Below are positions 13,392-24,442 of a stretch of 64,000 nucleotides of DNA, in pieces. Source of the DNA: Trichodelitschia bisporula (lineage: Eukaryota); contig ML996711.1 of NCBI GenBank assembly GCA_010356995.1, positions 62,001-126,000 on the forward strand, written 5' to 3'. Position 1 is the stretch's first letter; the number at the start of each line of letters is the position of its first letter. The notes under the pieces were generated by a model. That model searched no databases, had not been told where the DNA came from, and saw only the letters and a list, made by a program, of their open reading frames with translations. Made by a program: the position numbers and the translations under genes.

Positions 13392-15499
13392 ATGAAGACG
13401 ACGTGGAAGGATATTGCCCCGGTGCCCAACTCGACCGAGTTCCTCGACATCGTCCTCAGCCGGACGCAGCGCCGCTTGCCCACACAAATCCGTGCCGGTT
13501 TCAAAATCAGCAGAATTCGTGCGGTACGGCTTCTGAACGACGGCGCACTGGCGAAGCTAATGGTGCGCAGTTCTACACCCGCAAAGTCAAGTACACGTCC
13601 GAAACGTTCTCGGAGAAGATTCAGGCGATCCTCGATGGCTTCCCCAAGCTGCAGGACATCCATCCCTTCCACAGAGATTTGATGAACACGCTCTACGATG
13701 CGGACCACTTCAGAATCGCTCTCGGACAGCTTTCAACCGCTAAGCGGCTGATTGAGACAGTTGGTGGGTGGTACCCCCCGGTTAAAGGATGAGGAACTGA
13801 CTTCGCATAGCGCGCGACTACGTGCGTCTCTTAAAGTATGGTCAATCGCTTTTCCAGTGCAAGCAGCTCAAGCGCGCTGCCCTTGGTCGCATGGCCACGA
13901 TTACGAGGCGCCTCAAGGATCCGCTCGTCTATCTCGAGCAGGTGCGGCAGCATTTGGGGCGTCTTCCTTCGATCGACCCGAACACGCGCACGCTGCTCAT
14001 CTGCGGCTACCCCAACACCGGAAAGTCAAGCTTCTTGAAGAACATCTCGCGTGCGGACGTAGATATCCAGCCATATGCCTTCACCACCAAGTCGCTCTTC
14101 GTAGGTCACTTCGATTACAAAATGCTGCGGTTCCAGGCCATTGATACTCCCGGTATCCTGGACCACCCGCTCGAGGAGATGAACACCATTGAGATGCAGT
14201 CCGTCACGGCCATTGCCCATTTGCGGTCTGCCATTCTCTACTTCATGGATCTTTCGGAGCACTGCGGCTACTCGGTAGACGCTCAGATCCAGCTCTACCA
14301 CAACATCAAGCCCCTCTTCGCCAATAAGCTCACCTTCATCGTCATCAACAAGATCGATCTGCTTCGGCCTGACCAGCTGGACACCATCACTCAGGAGAAG
14401 ATCCAATCGCTTCTTAAAGCAGGCGAGGTGGAGCTGATGGAGATCTCGTGCGCCACAACGGAGAACGTCATGACCGCGCGTAATGCGGCTTGCGACCGCT
14501 TGATCGCCGTTCGCAACGCAGAGAAGCTGAAGGCCGGTACTAACAGTGCAGGCGAGGCAACGGGTCGTCTTGGCGACCTGCTGCGGCGCATTCATGTCGC
14601 CCAGCCTATGGGCGGCGTTGTACGCGAGACATTTATCCCCGAGGCAGCGCTGAACCGCATCCGGACCGACCCCGAGGACCCGAACCGGCCGAAGACGGAG
14701 CGCGACCTGGAGTTGGAGAACGGCGGGCCGGGCGTGTACAACATCAACCTGAAGAAGAACTACCTGCTCGAGAACGATGAGTGGAAGTCAGACAAGATTC
14801 CCGAAATTTTCGACGGCAAGAACGTGTACGACTTCGTCGATCCGGATATCGAAGCCAAGCTCCAGGCCCTCGAAGACGAGGAGGAGAAACTCGCCGCCGA
14901 AGGCTTCTACGACGAGGAGGAGCACATGACCGATGACGAGGAGGCCGAGGTCCGCTACAAGGCCGAGCTCATCCGCGAGAAACGCGTGCTCCTCCGCAAC
15001 GAGGCTAAGATGCGCAAGAGCCTCAAGAACCGCGCTGTCATCCCCCGCTCCATCAAGGCCAAGAAGCTCTCTGAAATAGAACGCCATCTCGAATCCCTTG
15101 GCCACGACGCTGCTCCCATTGCCGCTCGCGCTCGCTCTATGTCTCGCGGTCGCTCCGCTGCGCGCCCCGCGCCTGACGCCGATGCTATGGATATCGATAA
15201 CGATGATCCCCGTGCGCGCTCCGCGGCCCTCCGCGCGAAGAGCCGCGGTCGCAGCCAGAGCAATCGCCGTGATGATGGTGTTACGGACGAGATGGCACGC
15301 AGCAAGGCGGATCGCCTCCAGAAGCTCGGCCAGATGAAGATGAATCGCATGGCGCGGCAGGGCGAGGCCGATCGCCATGTTGGCACGACGATGCCGAAGC
15401 ACTTGGTGAGTTTCTTTTGTCTGGTTACATTGTGGGTGTGGGCTAATCTGTGCATAGTTTGCGGGCAAGCGCTCGCAGGGCAAGACGCAGAGACGGTAG
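13392..15499 (+). CDS. NOG1: Nucleolar GTP-binding protein 1, 4 exons
   Basis: Exons 13392-13523, 13571-13763, 13811-15405, 15458-15499. [14 protein letters not shown]1 [25 protein letters not shown]-terminal [17 protein letters not shown]. Confidence 0.96.
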
Positions 15500-16354
15500 A
15501 TCAAACGTGGGGATCGTGCTTGCTGGGAGGTATCCTGATGAGTGGCGTTGGGAGTCGGGCGGCGGGGTATTTTGGGGGCAAAATGATCAGAAACATGGCA
15601 TTAGCTGCAATTCATATCATGACGGTTCATTACGCGTGTATGCCTGTTCGATGCTTTTGATGCGCCCCGGAGTCTAGTCCTTCCGGTCTATCAGATGCAA
15701 TGTCTTACGTCGCCGTACGCCCTCGCTAAGAAAAAAAAAGGAAAGTAGAGCCAGATAGACGCCAAACACCACTCAGGCAAACAGTACTCCCAGGCCATGC
15801 TACACATTCCTTGAACCTTTCTCCGTCTTCATCCGCTTCCACCGCTTAGTCTCGCGACTCCTCTCAATTGTCCTCCTCCAATCCCTAACCGACTGCCTAG
15901 CGCGTTCCGCCGCCGTAGACACAGGGACACGGATCCCAAAACTAGCCATGATGCCATCGACCTCGGCCTGGCTGACATAGCGGCGGCCGATGAGTTCGCT
16001 GATGCGCATGCGGGAAAGCTCGTCGTAGGTATGGGGGTTTGGCGAGCGCAGCGGGGGAAAAAGGGGGCGTGTTCGATCGGGGGAGGAGGTCGGGTCCGGG
16101 TGTAGAGAAAGGGGGGAACTAGGTATGTTAATGAATGCGGTATTGGGAAGATGCCGTGCGGCTGCTGCTTCGTGTGTCGGAGGCCAAAATAATAACGGAA
16201 GCGGGTGATGGGTGGTGGGTTTAGACCGACTGGAGTTTGCGCTTGGTGGTGACTTTGGGCGGAGTCTTGATGGTCAGGACCTGGCTTTCATCAGCGAGAT
16301 TCACGAGGTATAATGGTGGAGAGGAGGTGTGAAGCCCCGTCTCCACGCTTAGAT

Positions 16355-17513
16355 TCATGCGTCTAGATAAGATAGCTCACGTACCATGTCGAACCATGGC
16401 ACGCCTCCAAACTTCACGTCGCTCTCGCCGACCTTCTTGAAGCCACGACTCTGGTAGAACTTGACGAGCTTCCCCTCGCAGATGAGGGCGATGCGATCTA
16501 CGACATCGTGCGTCTTCATGCGCTTGGCCAGCTCGTTGAGGAGCAGCGACGCAACTCCGAAATCACGCACACCTTCCAAAACGGCAAGCGAATGGATACA
16601 CAGGGTGCGGCCCAAAGGCTTGTTTCCTAGCTCTGGATACTTCGTCTGGTAGCTCGTTGCCGTCTCCCAATCTGGGGGCAGCGCCATGCCGGCGTCATTG
16701 ATCACCTTAGATTCGGACAGCGTGCAGATGACGTGGCCAAGAAGAATGGAAGAACGCGGCTGGAACTTGGAGGGCCTCCTTGTCGTAGTGTCAGCGAACT
16801 TGACGGCAACGGGAAAAGTGGCCATAGTGCGGTACGGCGTGCTGGAATGGTGATTGGGGAAGACGGTGGCCTTGATGCCCAAGCAAAGACCCGAGTTTTC
16901 GCGGAGACGGTAGAGGATCTACAACGGTTAGCTGATATCGCAAAACGCTGCGGCAGTCGAATGTGGAGTCCGTCAAGTATCGGGACGAGCATCCATTTTT
17001 GCGGGGGGGAAGCCCAGGCTAACACACCTTCTCCCTAGTCGCCCTCAAATTCTCCGGAAAGGCTTCATTCTCCAAAAGCACACAAGCTTCGGCATCGTTT
17101 GTAGTCAGGGTTGTGGCGTACATTTGCGGCTTATACAGCAGTTTCTTGGCGGGAGTGTCGCCGTTGGACGGACCAGGTGAGACGCCATCGCGATGATGGA
17201 TGATCTCAAAGCTAGCGCCGGCATGTTCCTCACGAGTGGGGGACTCTTGGCGAGCAGGAGAGGCCGTGATGGACGGCTCAGGCATGGGTGATACATCGGT
17301 CATAGGCACATCCTCATTGCCAGCATTTTCGGCGTTGGTTTCGGAGATTTCCGGCGTATGTTTGACCGGGGAAGCGGTTGTGACTCCGTTGACGGAGGCA
17401 TCGCCGGACTTGCCAGTGTGGGCTTGCGATGGCGTGAGAGTAGGCATGGTGGAAAGTGTGTCGCACGGAGATTCGGGTCCACGCGCAGTGCTCGAGCCAT
17501 CACTGGAAGACAT
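16355..17513 (-). CDS. GNAT N-acetyltransferase (polyamine/arylalkylamine acetyltransferase, Paa1-like) with disordered N-terminus
   Basis: Exons 17028-17513 and 16355-16918 join to give LENEAFPENLRATREK|ILYRL. GRTLCIHSLAV, IALIC, FYQSRGF and WFDMV are GNAT/AANAT-like. Confidence 0.85.
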
Positions 17514-19522
17514 GATGCCTGCCGACTGCCACCGAGGATGACGTGGGAGATGGAGATTTGACGATTCTGTTTATGCTGTGAAAATTATTGACGCTGTACG
17601 TTGTTTGCCAGGGGACACAGCACCAATACGGCGGTGCTACTGTTGAGTAGAGATGTCGGCAGGTGGAGGAGGAAGGGAGAGAGAGAAAGAACGAGCGGTC
17701 GTAGAGTAGTATAGAGCGTTTCTCTCTCACGATGACGCAACTTAGTGGCAGAGATCTCGGAGTAAGCTTGCCAGATGTGGACAAACTAGGACGTTTACTG
17801 GCGTGGATTCGACGACTGTATCGTGTGCACCAGTTTTGACGTCCTAGCTCGGGGTGCCTGGCTACGGAGCAATTCCGTTGTGTCACTAGGCCGGGGAGGA
17901 TTTGGAGTTGACTGGAAGGGGACAACGGAGGCGGCGATCGCAAGAGATCAAACCGTGCTGCAGCTCTGCGATGACCTGCATGTCAAGTCATCACACGGCC
18001 ATCGAAGAGCTGTTGTTGGTCTGCTTTGAACGTACCTCTGGCCTTGGCACGAGGCTTTGTAGAAGGATGCCGCAGCAGACGAACAGCTAGAGAGTATCTA
18101 GATGCGGGAGCGGTGACGGTGAGCAGGCGACCCTGAAGCTTTAGCAGGGCGATAAAGCTTTCGATGAGCTCTCTTCGGGGTGGGTGGTGGGGTTGGAGAG
18201 GCTGGGCGGGGGGGCGGAGTGCTGCAGAGGTGCCTTGGTCCTTCTTACACGTGCTGCATGAAGGACGCAGAGCCCGGAGAGAGAATTATTGATGAAGCTG
18301 TAGGAGTTTGGGATGAAGGAAGTAAGTGATTCGGGGCTGGAAAAGAGGTGAAAGATGAGAGAGTAGTAGAAGAGAAAAGAGGATGTCGTGGCGCAGAAGA
18401 GCGGTACTCCGTACACCAGGCTAACTGTTACCAGTAGGTCAAGCTTTGAGGTTCTGGATCACCAATAGCACCGCCACACCCAAATGGCGGAGAGTGGCTT
18501 TTACTATGAGGTCATTGCACCGTGCACTCCTTCTCTTCTGTCGTTACATCTCGTCATCATTTTCTGTGGATTATCAAAACGGTTATGGTACGGTACAGAC
18601 CAATTCTCACAAGAACGCGTGTTCAGACCAGAACCTCGGCCGTAGACTTTGGACGAAGCTGATCAAACTACACAGTAACAAAAAGGCATTATTAGCTGGT
18701 CTCGAGTGTTGTTAACCGACCCCGCCTTCTTGATGCCTGACTTTACGGGTCACACATTGCACAAGTGGCATAATGCACGGAACGGACTTCCCTAATGCAA
18801 TGCACAAGCACACAAGGCGCAACAAACACAAAGAGGAAGCGCCACCACAGTCTCTCTCCGCCACTCAGAGGTCACAGGGAGCTTGAGGAAGCTGGCGCCT
18901 CTCCAACATCTCTTCCCCCCCCACTACTCTCTTCGCTCCTCTTCCGTACACTGTTTGTCCCGAAGTCTTCTCTTCCTCCATCCTCGAAACAAAGGCCCAG
19001 GCACCCACACCTCAAACCTTCACCGCAATACCACCAAACCCCTCATCCCTCCCCTCCAAGCTACCTAGTAAGCTTTTTAACTGTCCGATCCTTCGATCCC
19101 TTGACCAGGTCTTACGCCCGGTCTTCTGTTTCCAGGTGGCTGCTGCCTTGCGAACCAAGAGAGTGAAAGAGAAAGGAACCCAAAGCTTGCCTCACATCGC
19201 CTTTGCCCGCTTCTACCAACTTCTAGCCGTCTTCGTAATCACAAAGCTTCGGTATCGACGAATACATACCTGTTTCGCTCCGTCCTCTCGAGTCCTTCCA
19301 TAGCAAGACACACGCATCCACATATAGAGCTGTCCCGCCGTTCTTGTGTCCAGTTTCACGCTGCACGAGGTCACATTCGAGAAGCTCTCCCGCCGTCCCT
19401 CTCCCTCAATAACCCCTCCCCCACCCACTGCTCCCGCCGGGTGTGCAACGCTCTTTGAACGGATTCAGAAACACCTGCATATAAGGGCAAGGTAGTCGCC
19501 TCTCCCGCCGCACATCCCCACA

Positions 19523-20988
19523 ATGTGAGTCTAGATGTCCATCCCGTCGCCACGAACTTGTGCAACTGACCCGGCGGTTCCGCTCAAGGCCGCGCATCAC
19601 CATATCAATCAATGCTTCTGGCGAGCCCGTCGACCAGGAGTTTCTCACCATCGATCTCTCCGGCGGTCTCACAATTGCCGATCTCAAAGGCGTCATCGAG
19701 GCCGAGACCAGCTTCCCCCCGGAGTCGCAACTCTTTTACTTCAACGGCCAGGCTTTGCGTTCCGACACCCAGACTCTCGAGCAGGCCGGTATTAAAGATG
19801 GGGAGATGCTCGCCATGATGGTCAACCGCCGCCAGCCAACTTCACCCGCTCAGCAGCGCAACAACGGTCCGTCGCCCCAGGATGAGCGGTCGCGAGAACG
19901 CATAGAGGCCGTGCGTCAACAGATACTCACGCAGCCTACGCAGCGCATGCAGTTGCTTCAGCAAGCTCCGGGACTGTCCAACGTACTGGAGGATCCAGAG
20001 CAGTTTCACCAGCAATGGATACGTATGCTGGACCAGCAGGAACAATTGCGGCAAGACCGCGCGAACGAGATGGCGCTGCTAAATGAAGACCCGTTGAATC
20101 CGGACTCGCAGAAGAAGATTGCCGACATGATTCGCCGGGAACGTATCGAGGCCAACCTCCAATATGCCTACGAGCACAATCCAGCTGGTACGTTCCGTTG
20201 ATATCTATATTCCCTTCACAAGCTGAGAATATCCAGTTTTCGCCCAAGTCACGATGCTCTATATCAACGTCAAGGTAAATTCGCATCCGATTAAAGCCTT
20301 TGTCGACTCTGGCGCACAAACAACGATCATGTCACCCACTTGCGCCGAGGCCTGCGGAATAAGCCACCTGATCGATGAACGCTACGGCGGAATCGCCCGA
20401 GGTGTCGGAACCGCTCGAATCCTAGGCCGCGTGCACCACGCAATGATCCAGATCGGCGACGCCGAGCTCTCATGCGCCTTCACAGTCATGGAAGGCAAAG
20501 ACGTCGACCTCCTCTTCGGCCTCGACATGCTCAAGCGCCACCAAGCCTGCCTCGACCTCCTCAACAACGAACTGCGCTTCCCGCACACCCGCGTCCCCTT
20601 CCTCGGCGAGAGCGAAATCCCCCGCAATTGGGAGGAGAGCCGTGTTGACGAGCCTACGGTCGAGGGACCGGATGGCACGGAGGTGGGTGCGCGGTCGGGT
20701 GCTGTTCGGCCCCGCGGCTCGGCTGCTGTCGCTCGCGAGCACCTCCGCACCGGTGAGGCGAGCGGGAGCACGGGCGCGCAGGCTGGTCCCAGCGGGACGA
20801 GCGGCGCGGCGAGCGCAGGGTCCAGTCGGGCTCAACAGGCACCTGCTCCGCGCCAGCCTACCTCCCGCTATCCGCAGTGCGACGTGGAGCAGCTGGTTGC
20901 GTTGGGATTTTCGCAGCGGGAGGCGGAGGCGGCGCTGGACGCGACGGGTGGGAATGTTGAGCTTGCGGCGGGGTTTTTGTTCCAATAG
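19523..20988 (+). CDS. DDI1: DNA damage-inducible protein 1 (UBL, retroviral-like aspartyl protease, UBA)
   Basis: Exons 19523-19524 (AT), 19589-20187, 20237-20988. N-terminal UBL; MLYINVKVN..KAFVDSGAQTTIMS; LLFGLDMLKRHQ; C-terminal UBA LVALGFSQREAEAALDATGGNVELAA. Confidence 0.95.
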
Positions 20989-21097
20989 TTGAGGACAGGG
21001 AGGTTGTTCGGTGACGGAATGGGCTTGAAACGGATTATGGCGAATAGGCTGGCTGGTTTGTTGAGGATGCGGTTGAGAGCTATTGTGGTGGGTTTGC

Positions 21098-21129
21098 GGT
21101 GCATAGGTGCATAGGTGCATGGGTGCATG
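21098..21129. repeat. 8-bp tandem repeat (GGTGCATR)x4 in the DDI1/ACB1 convergent 3' region
   Basis: ggtgcata ggtgcata ggtgcatg ggtgcatg. Confidence 0.85.
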
Positions 21130-21342
21130 GGACCACGGCTAAGTGTACAAGATATCTCTGCATTGGCACAAAATGGATGACACATGTTTCTTTGTTCGCT
21201 GGGAGTGAGTGAGACCTACAAGGCGGCTGGCGGACCGTTCAGCACAATACGCACTCGGACGGGTCATTATGTTGGGCCAACAAAAGCCAGGTGGTCCTAG
21301 TTACCGTAGTATCAATCCGCCGCCCATCATCTCGGGGACCGT

Positions 21343-21701
21343 CTATTTCAGACCAGGCTCAGCCTTGAGCCGCTCAAATGTCGCCACATACTTCTGGCGC
21401 GCCTGCTCCTTTGTCACGCCCTCGTCGAGTTTCTTCTGCCATGCCCTTTTCTTTGCCTTGCCCTGCGGAGATGTTAGCGACGGAGAATTGGAGCTGGACG
21501 CGGGCCTTACCGCCAAGTCGAACGTGCCCGGATTCGACTTGGAAATGTCCTCGCCATTGCCGATTTTGAAGTAGGAGTACAGCTGAAGGGATGTTAGTGG
21601 TGGGGATAGGAACGGTGGGAGAGGCGTACCTCGAGGAGCTCGTCGTTGGATGCGTGCTTGAGGTTGCGCGCGGAGGCGGCGGCTTCTTCGAAAGTAGGCA
21701 T
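21343..21701 (-). CDS. ACB1: Acyl-CoA-binding protein, 87 aa, 3 exons (fragmented in the ORF track)
   Basis: Exons 21630-21701, 21511-21582, 21343-21462 give MPTFEEAAASARNLKHASNDELLE-LYSYFK..PGTFDLA-GKAKKRAW..EQARQKYV, the ACBP signature. Confidence 0.92.
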
Positions 21702-21780
21702 GGTGGAAGTGGTGAAGATGATTGTGTTGGCGTCTGTTGGGAGGGGTTGAGATTGAGGATAGAACTGAGAGGATAACTGA

Positions 21781-21806
21781 GTCTTGTAGTCTTGTAGTCT
21801 TGTAGT
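21781..21806. repeat. 8-bp tandem repeat (GTCTTGTA)x3 upstream of ACB1
   Basis: gtcttgta gtcttgta gtcttgta gt. Confidence 0.85.
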
Positions 21807-22074
21807 GGGGCCGCGGTTGATTTGCGGGGCTTGTGACGTCGGGATCAGGTGGGGCGGGGTCGGGTTGGCGGGGGTGGTCGTGGCGGGCATGGGGTGCGGC
21901 CGGGATTGAGGAATGACGGAGGGCTGGGTTGGGTGCCTGTTATGTCAAATCACGGGTTTGCATATTATGTGGATCGTTGGGTTGGCTCTTGACGGTAGGC
22001 TTCTACACCTTCCCTCTACAGCCCTCCAGGTCCTCTAAGGCTTAACCGAAGCAGTCTCGTTGCTCCAACCTCCT

Positions 22075-23372
22075 CTACGACGACGGAACATAGGTGATAG
22101 TCATGAACCCCATGTTGCTCTGCGTCTCATTGCCACTGACACGCAGCGGGTGGGCAACGTTATCCCAACCGGCCTCGAGGCGGATCTTATCCCCCTTCTT
22201 CAGCGGAATCGGCTCGGTGCACTCGCTCATCTTCGAAATCGTCTTCCATTCCTTGCCGTTGACGATGAGCTTCGAACCTGCGCTACCATATGTGGCCCTC
22301 GAGTCGCAGACCAGTTTGCCGTTGACGTACGCAGCGACGCCTGTGCCTCCGTCGTGCATGTGAGCGCCTGAGGAGTTAGTCGAGGCCGCATTACCAGTGA
22401 GAAGAGGGGGAGCTTACGCGCGACGATGATCTGTCCGTCCTTGAGTACGGTGAAGTCCTTGCTTACGACTGTGCCCTTATCCTGAGTGTTTGAGAAGGAC
22501 GAATGCGTGAAGTCGCAGCCTACCGGTCAGACTTGCCATCCAGACCCGGGGAAAGCACCTACCATCAACATTCAGCGGCGACTTAACCGCATCCGTGCCC
22601 ACCTTCCCAGGCATATACTCCACATCCAAACGTAGGTAGACGTCCTGCGGCTGGGTGAGATAGTTGATAATCTCCCCAGACATCGTGATCTTCGCCTGCG
22701 GGGGGATATAATATCCGCTGTCCACCTTGCCATCAGGCGTGGTAAACCAATCAGTAAACTCATCCACTGCACCCCCCACAAAGTTAGTGCTGTCCCCACC
22801 CCCCGCCAACAGCGCCGCAAACTGCGCGCTCTGCGCCTCCGAATCCGGGCCGGGACACATGGTCACCCACGGCTCCTGCTTCTTCCCCAGCGTGCTGGTC
22901 ACCACGTGGTGCAGATACACCCCATTAGCAATGTCCGCCCGCGTCCCATTCTGGAACACTACGTCCATCTTTGCTCCTAGCACCGTGCAGTCCGTGCAGT
23001 ACCCGCCGGCCAGCGCAGAGGCAAACGGCGTTCCATTCGGGTCCATCTGCTCTTGTCCGGGTGCCGCCGCGCTCGAGCCATGCGAGTGGCCGCCGGCTGA
23101 CGCGCCGCCATCCTGAGGGTGTTAGCCTGGGTACTGGCGTAGGTAGGGGGGCGGAGGGTGCGTGCCATGGAGGCCGGCAGCTTGATCGGCCCGTACAGGA
23201 TGTATTGCCGCTTAGCGCTGGGGCGGATCCGCGGCTTTACGTCTTCGACTTTGACGGGCGGACTGCTGGCGGTTATGGAGGAGGCATTTGGGACGGGGCT
23301 GTCGCGCGCCTTGAGGACGGCGGCTGAGGTGCCGGAAGCGAGGAGGAGGGAGAGGAGAAGAGTGGGATGCAT
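22075..23372 (-). CDS. Secreted protein, ~383 aa, SURNod19-like / copper monooxygenase-like motifs
   Basis: Signal peptide MHPTLLLSLLLASGTSA. Exons 23166-23372, 22563-23112, 22418-22519, 22075-22367 splice in frame, with the first intron GC-AG. Motifs CTDC, GVYLHHVV, RAHMHDGG, VCDSRATYG, NMG. Confidence 0.75.
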
Positions 23373-24442
23373 GGTGCCGATGGAGAATGAGTGGATTGGG
23401 GCGAGGAATCGTGGTAAACTAGGGGTGGCATTCTGACGGTTACTTGTGCATATATAGGGTCTTCAGGCCAGCCTCGCAAGTAACTCGGGATGGAGCGTCG
23501 CTTCGGCCGCGTTATAGAGTACCTAGCGATCTTGGGCGATCCGGGGGTTGATTCCTTCTCAGGGACAGAAATTCCGCTCCACATTAGGTATAGCAACTTG
23601 GGGCAAGACTATGGAGGACTGCCGACGGGGCCATTTAGAAGAGGTGCTGGTGATATGGCCCTACGTGATCCGGATACAGTGCCGAAGACGCACGCAAAGG
23701 ATTCCTCGGGAAGCACACAACCATCTCCAGATCTTCCCGGTGATACACTGGGTTGTCGCTCCTGGGATGTGTCCATAGGCCGCTGTCACTTGCCGGCACA
23801 TATTGCCTGCACTGGCCATAGTAAACGGCCCGTTTTTGGGGTCAAAATACGTTGGAGGTCTTGTTAAGGGGGGGTCACTTTTGTCTGGTTTAAACGAGGC
23901 TCACGACGTGCCCCGGGTAGCCGTGTGCTCGGGCACAAGCGTTGTTCATAGCGGGAAGGGAAATAGCCGAACGCTCATGACTCTGCTGTCGGCACGGGTT
24001 GGATTATATTTCCGCCCGTTTGAATTGGAGACGTCTACAATACTTCCTCAGGTTGCTGCTATTGGCGTTCAGCCGACCTTCGACGTGCGATGTTGACCCG
24101 ATCTTCGGCCAAGCGAGCACCTGATTGGCGCGGAATACACTCCACAGCAGATGACTGCCAATCCGACATCTGCGTGAATTTTGGACGGCAAACGAATGAG
24201 GCGTGGGCTATCAGTATAGGTACGGAAGGAGGAGGTGAAGCACAACAGGAAGATCGTGTAGTCTTGGACATGTTGTTGAGCTGGTCCTGCCGGTCGTACC
24301 GTACCGTACTGTCCTCACCAAGCGGTGCACCCTAAAATTAGTCATCATTCGTCATCGCACTTGCTAAGACTAACAAAAAAGCAAAAAGCCTTCAAGCAAG
24401 CCATCTTTAATGCAAATCTTTCAACACCCCGCAGTTCCTATC

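Noticed and set aside
20254..20600. Retroviral-type aspartyl protease motif DSGA suggesting an LTR retrotransposon
   Set aside because: It is the RVP domain of DDI1, flanked by UBL and UBA; no gag, RT, integrase or LTRs.
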